A DNA stretch of 34,430 bases from a bacterium (GTDB taxonomy: Bacteria > Patescibacteriota > Minisyncoccia > UBA6257 > GWB1-50-10): positions 8,486-42,915 of the forward strand of contig JAKAHT010000003.1 in NCBI GenBank assembly GCA_021814805.1. Reading direction: 5' to 3'. Below, piece after piece: positions 18,617 to 26,777 of the stretch. The notes beneath the pieces are model-generated. The model saw only the letters and a list, made by a program, of their open reading frames with translations. It was not told the DNA's origin and ran no database searches. Positions within the stretch are counted from its first letter, which is position 1. Every line of letters begins with the position of its first letter. A program made the translations under genes and the position numbers.

Positions 18617-19827
18617 AAAAAACTCCCAAAAAGAAAATTAAAAAGAATAAGTCAGTTTCAAAAAAAATGGCCGTTAAAAAAGGACCAAGGGTAAAAACCG
18701 GCAAAAAGAATCTAAAGTTAGCCAAAAAACCAGAAAAACAGGTTCCGGTTTCTCCGGAATACGCTGAAGCTTTGGAGGAACTGGTAAAAAGAGGCAGGGG
18801 CCGGGAATTTTTGACCGATGCCGAGGTTTTGAATTATTTCCCGGAAATAGAAAAAAATCTCCCTTTCTTGGAGCAAGTCTACGGCCGGCTAGAAAAAGAG
18901 GGCATAAAAATAAAAGAATCGGCGCCCGTTATAAAAAGTTTGAACCTCGAAGAAGTTTCAGCCGACGAACTTAAGGAAGCCACTAAAATAGAAAACGATC
19001 TGCCGGATGCGGTTCAAATGTATCTTAAGGAGATAGGCAAAACACCTCTTTTGACATCGGCCGAAGAAAAAGAGCTGGCTAAAAGGATAGAAAAAGGCGA
19101 CGAATCGGCCAGAAAAAAACTCATTCAAGCGAATTTAAGGCTCGTCGTTTCCATAGCTAAAAGATATGCCAACAGGAGTCAAAGGCTCAGCATTTTGGAT
19201 TTGATTCAAGAAGGGAACATAGGCCTCTCGAGAGCCGTCGATAAATTCGACTATACCAAGGGATTTAAATTCTCCACCTATGCCACCTGGTGGATAAGAC
19301 AGGCTGTTACAAGAGCCCTCGCGGATTATTCTAGAACCATAAGAATTCCCGTCCATATGGTGGAAACAATAACAAAATACACCCAGGCCAAAAGGCAGCT
19401 CATGCAAGAGCTCGGGCGGGAGCCGCTACCCGAAGAAATAGCTTCCGAGATGGGCATGGACGTCAAAAAAATACACTACATACAGAAGATTTCCCAGGAA
19501 GTAATGTCTCTCGAGGCGCCGATAGGCGACAGCGAGGATGATTTGACTCTGTCAGATTTCATAAAAGACGAACAAAGCCTGAGTCCTGACGAGTTGGCCA
19601 ACCAAGCTCTTCTTAAGGATCAAATAAAGGAAATATTAGCCGATCTAACGGACCGGGAACAAAAAATACTCGCCATGAGATTCGGCCTCGACGATAACAT
19701 ACCTCACACTTTAGAAGAGGTGGGAAAGGAATTCGGGGTTACAAGGGAGCGTATAAGGCAAATAGAAGCCAAGGCCTTAGAAAAAATAAGAACTCACCAT
19801 AAATCTAAGAAACTGGAAGGGTATTGA
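18613..19827 (+). CDS. rpoD: Primary-type sigma-70 factor RpoD
   Basis: Region 2 ([33 protein letters not shown]), region 3, and region 4 ([20 protein letters not shown]). ATGA overlap with dnaG. Confidence 0.95.
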   Translation: MKKTPKKKIKKNKSVSKKMAVKKGPRVKTGKKNLKLAKKPEKQVPVSPEYAEALEELVKRGRGREFLTDAEVLNYFPEIEKNLPFLEQVYGRLEKEGIKIKESAPVIKSLNLEEVSADELKEATKIENDLPDAVQMYLKEIGKTPLLTSAEEKELAKRIEKGDESARKKLIQANLRLVVSIAKRYANRSQRLSILDLIQEGNIGLSRAVDKFDYTKGFKFSTYATWWIRQAVTRALADYSRTIRIPVHMVETITKYTQAKRQLMQELGREPLPEEIASEMGMDVKKIHYIQKISQEVMSLEAPIGDSEDDLTLSDFIKDEQSLSPDELANQALLKDQIKEILADLTDREQKILAMRFGLDDNIPHTLEEVGKEFGVTRERIRQIEAKALEKIRTHHKSKKLEGY

Positions 19828-19842
19828 TCCTTAGGGGTAACC

Positions 19843-19871
19843 TTGGACATTCCTTATAATTGTGGTATAGT
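19843..19871 (+). promoter_or_regulatory. Candidate promoter TTGGAC-N17-(TGg)TATAGT downstream of rpoD
   Basis: Extended -10. The predicted TSS (about 19878-80) falls inside the left arm of the hairpin at 19875-19894. Confidence 0.35.
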
Positions 19872-19874
19872 AAT

Positions 19875-19903
19875 AATCCTGTTTTAACAGGGTTATTTAT
19901 TTA
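19875..19903 (+). terminator. rpoD terminator-like hairpin
   Basis: AATCCTG (19875-81) pairs with CAGGGTT (19888-94), 7 bp including one G-U. Followed by ATTTATTT. Confidence 0.45.
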
Positions 19904-19944
19904 ATTAACTGCATTATTAACAAAACAAAAATACCGGAGGTACT

Positions 19945-20226
19945 ATGTGTCTTGTCAGAGATACTATCGCAGCAACAGTTACCCACTCAAACGGAAAAAA
20001 CTTCTCAGTGAAGTTTTTTATCAGAGATGAAAAAAGTGGAACAGTTTCCGAACAGGAAATGAGAGTCCCTAAGGACAAGAAAACCGTCTCACCAAGAATA
20101 GATCAGGTTGTTTTCTTGAAGCTGACTAAAAAGAAGGGTCAGCTTGTACCGAAAAAAGTTTGGTTGGGTAGAAAAAAAGACACAGGAGTTATGCTACAAA
20201 GGAAGGACGTCATCTATAGCAGGTAG
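19945..20226 (+). CDS. Hypothetical small basic protein (93 aa)
   Basis: The only GGAGG Shine-Dalgarno I noticed in the window, 4 nt upstream of the ATG. Bracketed by hairpins. Lys/Arg-rich, with no motif I recognise. Confidence 0.5.
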   Translation: MCLVRDTIAATVTHSNGKNFSVKFFIRDEKSGTVSEQEMRVPKDKKTVSPRIDQVVFLKLTKKKGQLVPKKVWLGRKKDTGVMLQRKDVIYSR

Positions 20227-20245
20227 ATGACATAAAAAGTTCTTA

Positions 20246-20283
20246 CGAGGTCCCACGAATTTTGTGGGACCTTGCTCGTTTTA
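20246..20283. terminator. Strong hairpin between convergent units (93-aa ORF and tRNA-Pro/rpmB)
   Basis: CGAGGTCCCAC (20246-56) pairs with GTGGGACCTTG (20264-74), about 11 bp. T-rich stretches follow on both strands, so it may act bidirectionally. Confidence 0.65.
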
Positions 20284-20302
20284 TATCGTGAGTATTATCT
20301 TG

Positions 20303-20373
20303 TCGGGCTGCCGGGAATTGAACCCGGGTCGCACCCACCCCAAGGGTGTATACTGCCGTTATACTACAGCCCG
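20303..20373 (-). tRNA. tRNA-Pro (anticodon GGG), CCA not encoded
   Basis: Minus strand CGGGCTG-TA-GTAT-AACGGCA-GTAT-A-CACCC-TTGGGGT-GGGTG-CGAC-CCGGG-TTCAATT-CCCGG-CAGCCCG-A. All four stems pair. Confidence 0.85.
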
Positions 20374-20571
20374 AAGGGTCTTAGGTTTTTTCTTGTTTAA
20401 AGTTTTGATACATTTAGTGCAAACAAGCACTCTTTTCTTCACATCGGGAATACGAGCCCACTGTAGATTGGCTTGTTTTTTAGTCCAGTTGGTCGGATTG
20501 AACTTACCGCGGAGTTTTATCCGCGTTCCGCCCATCTTATATGATTTTCCGCAAACGGCACACTGACGCAT
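20359..20571 (-). CDS. rpmB: 50S ribosomal protein L28 (Cys4 zinc-ribbon form)
   Basis: MRQCAVCGKSYKMGG.R.......NPT.W..K.N.Q......KRVLVCTKCIKT is an L28-like string. Start taken at ATG 20571 rather than the upstream TTG. The last 15 nt, including the stop, overlap the tRNA-Pro 5-prime end. Confidence 0.85.
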   Translation of the reverse strand: MRQCAVCGKSYKMGGTRIKLRGKFNPTNWTKKQANLQWARIPDVKKRVLVCTKCIKTLNKKKPKTLRAVV

Positions 20572-20640
20572 AGCTTGTAGATTATCAAAAGGTGAATATT
20601 CTGTCAATTAAAAACCTGCCTGTTCCGGCGATTGAAATAC

Positions 20641-21282
20641 TTAACCTACCGTAACTTGTTTGTAAGTGCCGGATGGAAAGTCGAATTCGTAGAATGAAGG
20701 GTTATCCTGAGATCCTACTTGGAAAACGACACTTTGCGTTCCCGGCGTCACCGAAAAATTAAGAATCCCATCTACAGAACCTTGAGGAGGCATTGCCTTG
20801 AAAGCCCCCACAATATTATTAGCTTCAATATTGGACCCCGAAGAACTGAATATTTGAATCAAGCTTCCGATATCGACAGCACTGTAACTTGAGGCCGAAT
20901 CGGTAAAAACTTTGACGCTCACGGCTATGTTTCCGTCCGGACTTTCGGACATTTTATTTATCAAAATAGTCAGGTTGGTTTGAGGGGATAAGTCAGAACT
21001 TGAAGTGGCGTTGAAAAGAATACTCGAATTGACGGTCAAAGGAGACGACGGAGACGACGTAGCTGGTTCGGTGCCCGTTACGGAAGAAGAAGGCTCGTTT
21101 AGAACCGTACTTGTCCCAGCAAGAGGCAGAGTGGTTGTGCCGGAAGATCCGTTTTGAGAGGCGTTTTCTCCCAAGACGTTTTCCATATTGCTGATTTTCT
21201 GAAAAATAAGATAAAAACCACCGATGAATATGAGAAGCAAGACGACCAAAAGAACATAAATTGTTTTCAAATTCTTAGTCAT
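20641..21282 (-). CDS. Hypothetical membrane-anchored Ser/Thr/Pro-rich surface protein
   Basis: 213 aa. N-terminal TM anchor (IYVLLVVLLLIFIGGFYLIF), an S/T/P-rich linker of about 70 aa, and a beta-rich C-terminal domain. Confidence 0.55.
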   Translation of the reverse strand: MTKNLKTIYVLLVVLLLIFIGGFYLIFQKISNMENVLGENASQNGSSGTTTLPLAGTSTVLNEPSSSVTGTEPATSSPSSPLTVNSSILFNATSSSDLSPQTNLTILINKMSESPDGNIAVSVKVFTDSASSYSAVDIGSLIQIFSSSGSNIEANNIVGAFKAMPPQGSVDGILNFSVTPGTQSVVFQVGSQDNPSFYEFDFPSGTYKQVTVG

Positions 21283-21324
21283 ATGTACATTATAACAGAT
21301 TAAATATGTTATATTATTTGTGTA

Positions 21325-21957
21325 ATGGCGATAACTATTTTTGGAATAATAGTCTTGATTTTTTCAGCGGTCATCCACGAGGTGTCTCACGGCTTCATTG
21401 CCGACAAATTGGGCGACCCGACCGCCAGGCTTTCCGGAAGGCTAACACTCAACCCTTTGAAGCATCTTGATCCATTCGGTTCGGTGATACTTCCGATACT
21501 TTTATCTTTGATACCCGGCGGCATAATATTCGGCTGGGCTAAGCCGGTACCCTACAACCCTTACAATCTCAAGGATCCAGAAAAGGGGGCGGCCAAAATA
21601 GCCTTGGCTGGTCCCTTGAGCAACCTGGTTTTGGCTTTGATTTTCAGCATCGTCTTCAGGATAACGGCAGCGGAGACAGGCGGAATATTTTATAATCTCA
21701 ACGAACTTTCCGGCATAATAGTCCTCATAAACATAGTCCTCGGCGTATTCAATATGGTTCCCATACCGCCGCTCGACGGGGCTAAAGTCATAACCGCTGT
21801 CATACCCGACAGAGCTTATAAAGTTAAAAGATTTCTTTCGGAAAACAATCCCTACGGATGGATAATTCTTATAGCCTTTATATTCTTCGGATTGTCGGTA
21901 ATAGATCCGGTCATATCTTTCCTCTTTAAAATTTTCACCGGTGTTCCGATATACTAG
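21325..21957 (+). CDS. Site-2 protease family (M50) membrane zinc metalloprotease
   Basis: 210 aa, polytopic. HEVSHG (HExxH) in the first TM region and NMVPIPPLDG (LDG motif) later. Confidence 0.8.
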   Translation: MAITIFGIIVLIFSAVIHEVSHGFIADKLGDPTARLSGRLTLNPLKHLDPFGSVILPILLSLIPGGIIFGWAKPVPYNPYNLKDPEKGAAKIALAGPLSNLVLALIFSIVFRITAAETGGIFYNLNELSGIIVLINIVLGVFNMVPIPPLDGAKVITAVIPDRAYKVKRFLSENNPYGWIILIAFIFFGLSVIDPVISFLFKIFTGVPIY

Positions 21958-21966
21958 CCTAAAATG

Positions 21967-21995
21967 TTGACATTTATTGGGTTATTGTTTATTTT
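21967..21995 (+). promoter_or_regulatory. Candidate promoter TTGACA-N17-TATTTT for the str operon
   Basis: Perfect -35 located 48 nt upstream of the rpsL ATG. An AAGGA SD-like element lies 5 nt before the ATG. Confidence 0.45.
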
Positions 21996-22019
21996 TAATA
22001 CTACGTTTCAAAGGAATAA

Positions 22020-22436
22020 ATGCCTACAGTAAATCAATTGATAAAAAAGGGCAGAACAACTGCCAAGAAAAAATCTAAGGCTCCAGCTTTGGAATTTTAT
22101 TTCAACTACTTAAAAAACAAGCCGGTCGATTCTTCGTCACCTTTCAAAAGAGGGGTGTGTTTGAAGGTTTTCACCACCACCCCCAAGAAACCTAACTCGG
22201 CTTTGAGAAAAGTGGCGAGGGTGAGACTTACGAATGGCATGGAAGTCACGGCTTATATACCGGGCGAAGGACACAATCTTCAAGAACACTCCGTCGTCGT
22301 AGTCCGCGGCGGCCGCGTTAAAGACCTGCCCGGCGTCAGGTATCACATAATAAGAGGGGTTCTCGATACTCAAGGAGTGGGAGCCAGAAAACAGCAACGT
22401 TCCAAATACGGCGCCAAGAAAGCAAAATCCCAATAG
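22020..22436 (+). CDS. rpsL: 30S ribosomal protein S12
   Basis: [30 protein letters not shown] and [23 protein letters not shown]. Confidence 0.97.
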   Translation: MPTVNQLIKKGRTTAKKKSKAPALEFYFNYLKNKPVDSSSPFKRGVCLKVFTTTPKKPNSALRKVARVRLTNGMEVTAYIPGEGHNLQEHSVVVVRGGRVKDLPGVRYHIIRGVLDTQGVGARKQQRSKYGAKKAKSQ

Positions 22437-22440
22437 TAAA

Positions 22441-22911
22441 ATGAGAAGAAAAAATTTCAAAAAAAGAGAACACAAAGCCGACAGCATCCAGGGAAGGGTG
22501 GATATCGGAAGATTCATAAACTATTTGATGAAGGACGGCAAGAAAGTGACCGCCGAGAAAATATTTGCGGATTCGTTGAAGCATATAGAAAAAATAGCCA
22601 AAGAAGATCCGTTCAAGGTTTTCGACAGGGCTATCGAAAACGCTACGCCGCTTCTCGAAGTAACTTCAAAAAGGATAGGCGGAGCCAATTATCAGATTCC
22701 GAGAGAAGTAAGAAGCGAAAGGAAATTCTTTTTGGCCACTCATTGGATAATAGAAGCGGCCAGAAACAAAAAAGGAAAATCAATGGCTGAAAAACTGGCC
22801 GAAGAAATAATCGCCGCCGCTAAAAACGAAGGGACGGCTATAAAGAAAAAGCAGGACACTCACAGAATGGCTGAAGCCAATCGTGCCTTTGCAAGCTATC
22901 TCCGAGGTTAA
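22441..22911 (+). CDS. rpsG: 30S ribosomal protein S7
   Basis: LMKDGKK..AEKI, plus an [13 protein letters not shown]-type string and ...[11 protein letters not shown]. Confidence 0.96.
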   Translation: MRRKNFKKREHKADSIQGRVDIGRFINYLMKDGKKVTAEKIFADSLKHIEKIAKEDPFKVFDRAIENATPLLEVTSKRIGGANYQIPREVRSERKFFLATHWIIEAARNKKGKSMAEKLAEEIIAAAKNEGTAIKKKQDTHRMAEANRAFASYLRG

Positions 22912-22916
22912 AACTT

Positions 22917-25022
22917 ATGCCACGACAATACCCATTGGAAAAGGTTAGGGATATAGGCATCATTGCTCACATCGATGCCGGAAAAACGACCACCTCAGAG
23001 CGCGTCCTTTTTTATACAGGAGTTTCTCATAAAATAGGCGAAGTGCATGAAGGCGATACTGTCATGGATTGGATGGAACAAGAAAGAGAAAGGGGGATAA
23101 CCATAACTTCCGCCGCCACTACTTGTTTTTGGATTCCGACATACGCCAAAGGAGATAAATCTCACGAGTATCGGATGAACCTCATCGATACGCCGGGACA
23201 CATAGATTTCACGGTGGAGGTGAAGAGGTCTCTCCGCGTTTTGGACGGCGCCGTCGTTGTTTTCGACGGAGTGGCTGGAGTTGAGCCCCAATCCGAAACC
23301 AATTGGCACTATGCCGATGAGTATAATGTGCCGAGAATCTGTTTCATTAATAAACTCGACAGAATGGGGGCCAGCTTTGATTTTAGTTTTAATTCAATAA
23401 TAGAGCGCCTGACACCCAATGCGGTCGCCATGCAAATACCGATAGGCTTGGAATCGGAGTTTTCGGGTGTGATAGATCTCCTTTCTATGAAAGCTGTAAG
23501 ATTCAACGGCGAGCACGGAGAAAAAATAATTGAAGAAGAAATACCGGCGGAACTCTTGGAAGAAGCCAAGAAAAAGAGGCACGAACTCATAGAAAAAATA
23601 GTTGAGAAAGACGACGTTTTGATGGCCGAATATCTGGAAGGTAAAGAACCGAGCGTGGAATCTTTAAAGAAGATTTTGAGAAAAGAAACCATAGCTAACA
23701 GACTGGTTCCGGTTTTTTGCGGATCGGCTTTGCAAAACAAGGGAGTTCAATTGGTTTTGGACGCCGTCGTCGATTATCTTCCTTCTCCGCTCGATATGCC
23801 TCCCGTCAAAGGAACAAACCCTAAAACCGGCCTCGAAGAAGAAAGACATGTCGGCGACGAAGAACCTTTTTCGGGATTGGCTTTCAAAATAGCCACTGAT
23901 CCTTTCGTGGGATCTTTGACTTACTTCAGAGTTTATTCGGGAACGATAAAAAGAGGCAGTTACATATTAAACTCAACCAAGAACTCGCAGGAAAGAATCG
24001 GCCGAATGGTTCGAATGCACGCCAACCACAGAGAAGAAGTGGAAGAACTTTATGCTGGAGATCTCGGTGCTATAGTGGGCCTTAAGAACACCACAACCGG
24101 AGACAGCTTAACCGATCCGGAGCATCCGATAATACTCGAAAAAATAATTTTCCCGGAACCGGTTATCTCGGTAAGGATAGAACCCAAGACGAAGGCCGAT
24201 CAGGAAAAAATGGGTATAGCTTTAAGGAGGCTTTCGGAAGAAGATCCGACCTTCCGAGTTTCCGGAGATGAAGAAACAGGCGAAACCATAATAGCCGGCA
24301 TGGGCGAACTACATCTCGAAATAATAGTCGACCGAATGAAGAGGGAATTCGGAGTTGAAGCTTCGGTCGGACGCCCGCAGGTCGCTTACAAAGAAACCGT
24401 GAAAGGTTCAGCTGAAGCCGAAGGAAAATACATAAGACAATCTGGCGGCCGGGGACAATACGGACACGTTTGGCTCAAAGTGGAAACTCTGGAACGCGGA
24501 GCCGGATTCGAATTTGTTGACTCCATAAAAGGAGGAGTGATCCCCCAGGAATTCATACCGGCCGTCGAAAAAGGAGTCAGAGAGGCTTTAGGAAGAGGAA
24601 TACTGGCCGGCTATCAGCTGATAGATATGAAAGTGACTCTGTTTGACGGATCGTATCACGATGTTGACTCTTCGGAATTCGCTTTCAAAATAGCGGCTTC
24701 CATGGCCCTTCAAGAAGCTTGTCAAAAAGCCAAGCTGATACTTTTGGAACCGATAATGAAAGTTCAAGTCATCGTGCCGCCGGACTTTTTAGGCGATGTT
24801 ACGGGAGACTTGAGCTCCAAGAGAGGAAAAATAAAGTCTATGGGCGAGAGAGGCACCATAAGGGTTATAGACGCCAACGTGCCACTTTCCGAGATGTTCG
24901 GCTATTCGACATCGCTCCGGTCGATGACTCAAGGAAGAGGCTCGTTCAATATGGAATTTTCGCACTATGAAGAAGTTCCTCAGAACGTGGCTCAAGCCAT
25001 AATAGAAGGCAAAAAGAAATAG
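22917..25022 (+). CDS. fusA: Elongation factor G
   Basis: 701 aa. [26 protein letters not shown], plus domain IV/V strings. Confidence 0.97.
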   Translation: MPRQYPLEKVRDIGIIAHIDAGKTTTSERVLFYTGVSHKIGEVHEGDTVMDWMEQERERGITITSAATTCFWIPTYAKGDKSHEYRMNLIDTPGHIDFTVEVKRSLRVLDGAVVVFDGVAGVEPQSETNWHYADEYNVPRICFINKLDRMGASFDFSFNSIIERLTPNAVAMQIPIGLESEFSGVIDLLSMKAVRFNGEHGEKIIEEEIPAELLEEAKKKRHELIEKIVEKDDVLMAEYLEGKEPSVESLKKILRKETIANRLVPVFCGSALQNKGVQLVLDAVVDYLPSPLDMPPVKGTNPKTGLEEERHVGDEEPFSGLAFKIATDPFVGSLTYFRVYSGTIKRGSYILNSTKNSQERIGRMVRMHANHREEVEELYAGDLGAIVGLKNTTTGDSLTDPEHPIILEKIIFPEPVISVRIEPKTKADQEKMGIALRRLSEEDPTFRVSGDEETGETIIAGMGELHLEIIVDRMKREFGVEASVGRPQVAYKETVKGSAEAEGKYIRQSGGRGQYGHVWLKVETLERGAGFEFVDSIKGGVIPQEFIPAVEKGVREALGRGILAGYQLIDMKVTLFDGSYHDVDSSEFAFKIAASMALQEACQKAKLILLEPIMKVQVIVPPDFLGDVTGDLSSKRGKIKSMGERGTIRVIDANVPLSEMFGYSTSLRSMTQGRGSFNMEFSHYEEVPQNVAQAIIEGKKK

Positions 25023-25037
25023 AATAATTGACAAAAT

Positions 25038-25067
25038 TTGGAAAATTGAGGAAAATTGTTCTACAAT
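25038..25067 (+). promoter_or_regulatory. Candidate promoter TTGGAA-N18-TACAAT for tuf
   Basis: Motif match in the 93-nt fusA-tuf spacer. Overlaps a tandem GGAAAATTG repeat. A TTGACA also occurs at 25028-33. Confidence 0.35.
25040..25058 (+). repeat. Tandem direct repeat GGAAAATTG-A-GGAAAATTG
   Basis: Exact 9-mers at 25040-48 and 25050-58. Confidence 0.8.
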
Positions 25068-25115
25068 ATTAAGGTAAAAATAAAAAATTAGGTCGAATAA
25101 TAAAAATAAAAAACA

Positions 25116-26315
25116 ATGGCAGAAAAAGAAAAATTTGTAAGAAGCAAGCCCCACGTTAACGTTGGAACCATAGGACACGTAGACCACGGGAAGACCACTT
25201 TGACCGCGGCGATTACGCACGTCCTCCACATGAAGGGGCTGGCTAAAAAAGAAGAAGCAGTTGATCAGATCGACAATGCTCCGGAGGAAAAAGCTCGCGG
25301 CATTACGATAGCGCTTCACCACTCCGAATATGAGTCGGAAAAACGTCACTATGCTCACATCGATGCTCCGGGACACGCCGATTACATCAAGAACATGATA
25401 ACCGGCGCCGCCCAGATGGATGGAGCCATATTGGTTGTTTCAGCAGCCGATGGACCGATGCCTCAAACAAGAGAACACATTCTCCTCGCGAGGCAAGTAG
25501 GCGTGCCGGCAATAATAGTTTTCTTGAATAAAGTTGACATGGTCGATGATCCCGAACTCGTCGATCTCGTCGAATCAGAAGTGAGAGAACTTTTGAAGAA
25601 ATATCAATTCCCGGGCGACGAAGTTCCTATAATAAGGGGTTCGGCCTTGAAAGCTTTAGAATCGAAATCAGCCGACGACGAAGCCGCCAAACCGATATTG
25701 GATTTGGTGAAAGCTTTGGATGAATACATACCCGAACCGGTCCGCGCAACCGACAAACCGTTCCTTATGCCTATCGAAGATATCTTCTCTATTGAAGGAC
25801 GAGGAACAGTTGTGACCGGAAGAGTGGAAAGGGGAATGGTTAAAGTAAACGACGAAATTGAAATAATAGGCTTGAAGCCTACTCAAAAGACTGTGGTTAC
25901 CGGAATAGAAATGTTCCAAAAGATCTTGGATGAAGGTGTCGCCGGAGATAACGTGGGAGTTTTACTCCGCGGCTTGAAGAAAGAAGACGTTGAAAGGGGT
26001 CAGGTTATAGCCAAGCCCGGCAGCGTCACGCCGCACACCGAATTCACGGCTGAGGTTTACGTCTTGTCCAAAGAAGAAGGTGGTAGACATACTCCTTTCT
26101 TCAAAGGCTATAAACCGCAGTTCTATATAAGAACTACCGATGTCACCGGAGAAGTTACTCTTCCCGAAGGAACGGAAATGGTAATGCCCGGAGATACGGT
26201 TAATATAACCATCAAATTGATAGCTCCGGTCGCTCTCGAAGAAAAGCAAAGGTTTGCCATAAGAGAAGGAGGCAAGACTGTCGGTGCCGGAGTCGTCACG
26301 AAGATAATAAAATAA
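25116..26315 (+). CDS. tuf: Elongation factor Tu
   Basis: 399 aa. [22 protein letters not shown], and GGRHTPFF. Confidence 0.98.
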   Translation: MAEKEKFVRSKPHVNVGTIGHVDHGKTTLTAAITHVLHMKGLAKKEEAVDQIDNAPEEKARGITIALHHSEYESEKRHYAHIDAPGHADYIKNMITGAAQMDGAILVVSAADGPMPQTREHILLARQVGVPAIIVFLNKVDMVDDPELVDLVESEVRELLKKYQFPGDEVPIIRGSALKALESKSADDEAAKPILDLVKALDEYIPEPVRATDKPFLMPIEDIFSIEGRGTVVTGRVERGMVKVNDEIEIIGLKPTQKTVVTGIEMFQKILDEGVAGDNVGVLLRGLKKEDVERGQVIAKPGSVTPHTEFTAEVYVLSKEEGGRHTPFFKGYKPQFYIRTTDVTGEVTLPEGTEMVMPGDTVNITIKLIAPVALEEKQRFAIREGGKTVGAGVVTKIIK

Positions 26316-26340
26316 GCTCATTGATTCCTTTATATTTCCC

Positions 26341-26673
26341 ATGCCTAAAAAAGAAGAAAAATCAGAAAAAGACAAATTGAGAATTAAGATAAAAGCTTAC
26401 GATTCGAAGCTTATCGATAATTCCGTGCGTCAAATAATAGAAACTATAAAGAGGCAGGGCGGAACAATAGTCGGTCCGGTACCTCTTCCGACGGAATTCA
26501 AAAAATATACCGTCAATCGATCGACTTTCGTCCATAAAAAATCCAGGGAACAATTCGAACTTAGAATACACAAAAGACTCCTTGATATTTTAAATCCGGA
26601 ACAAAAGATTATAGAATCTTTGACAGATTTAAATCTCCCTTCAGGAGTGGATGTCGAAATAAAGATGGGCTAA
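26341..26673 (+). CDS. rpsJ: 30S ribosomal protein S10
   Basis: RIKIKAYDSKLID.S...I.......G..V.GPVPLPT. Has a short Lys/Glu-rich N-terminal extension. Confidence 0.95.
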   Translation: MPKKEEKSEKDKLRIKIKAYDSKLIDNSVRQIIETIKRQGGTIVGPVPLPTEFKKYTVNRSTFVHKKSREQFELRIHKRLLDILNPEQKIIESLTDLNLPSGVDVEIKMG

Positions 26674-26713
26674 ATTTGACAGAAAGGACCGATTCAGGTT
26701 AGAATGGGCTAAA
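26665..26713 (+). repeat. 10-nt direct repeat ATGGGCTAAA x2
   Basis: Copy 1 (26665-74) contains the last two rpsJ codons and the stop. Copy 2 (26704-13) overlaps the -10 of the spacer promoter. Confidence 0.8.
26676..26705 (+). promoter_or_regulatory. Near-consensus promoter TTGACA-N18-TAGAAT in the rpsJ-rplC spacer
   Basis: Perfect -35 starting 3 nt after the rpsJ stop. The -10 matches 5 of 6. Predicted TSS is about 26712. Confidence 0.45.
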
Positions 26714-26726
26714 GAGACAAGTAGCC

Positions 26727-26763
26727 AAAAAAACAACCGGGCGAAGTCTCGGTTGTTTTTTTG
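26727..26763 (+). terminator. Strong terminator/attenuator-like hairpin upstream of rplC
   Basis: A7-CAACCGGG (26727-41), loop CGAAGT, then CTCGGTTG-T7 (26748-62). This gives an 8-bp stem (one G-U) flanked by complementary A and T tracts. Ends 15 nt before the rplC ATG. Confidence 0.6.
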
Positions 26764-26777
26764 GAATGCGAACTTAT

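Noticed and set aside
19901-19920. Imperfect palindrome TTAATtaactgcattATTAA upstream of the 93-aa ORF as an operator
   Set aside because: Only the outer 5 bp pair. In AT-rich DNA this is not distinguishable from chance.
20264-20566. 100-aa plus-strand ORF
   Set aside because: It runs antisense through tRNA-Pro and rpmB, and both of those are much better supported.
20572-20607. TTG-initiated 12-aa extension of L28 (MTEYSPFDNLQA)
   Set aside because: L28 homologues start at the M-x-x-C motif. The extension uses TTG and has no homology.
24789-25376. 195-aa minus-strand ORF spanning the fusA end, the spacer and the tuf start
   Set aside because: It is antisense to two highly conserved genes, and its composition is low-complexity and Phe/Leu-rich. 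This is a typical shadow ORF.
26674-26777. rplC as a frameshifted or pseudogenised gene, with the missing part encoded in the long upstream spacer
   Set aside because: The L3 N-terminal motif is already present in the ORF. The missing part is internal, and the spacer has stops in all frames and reads as promoter plus hairpin.
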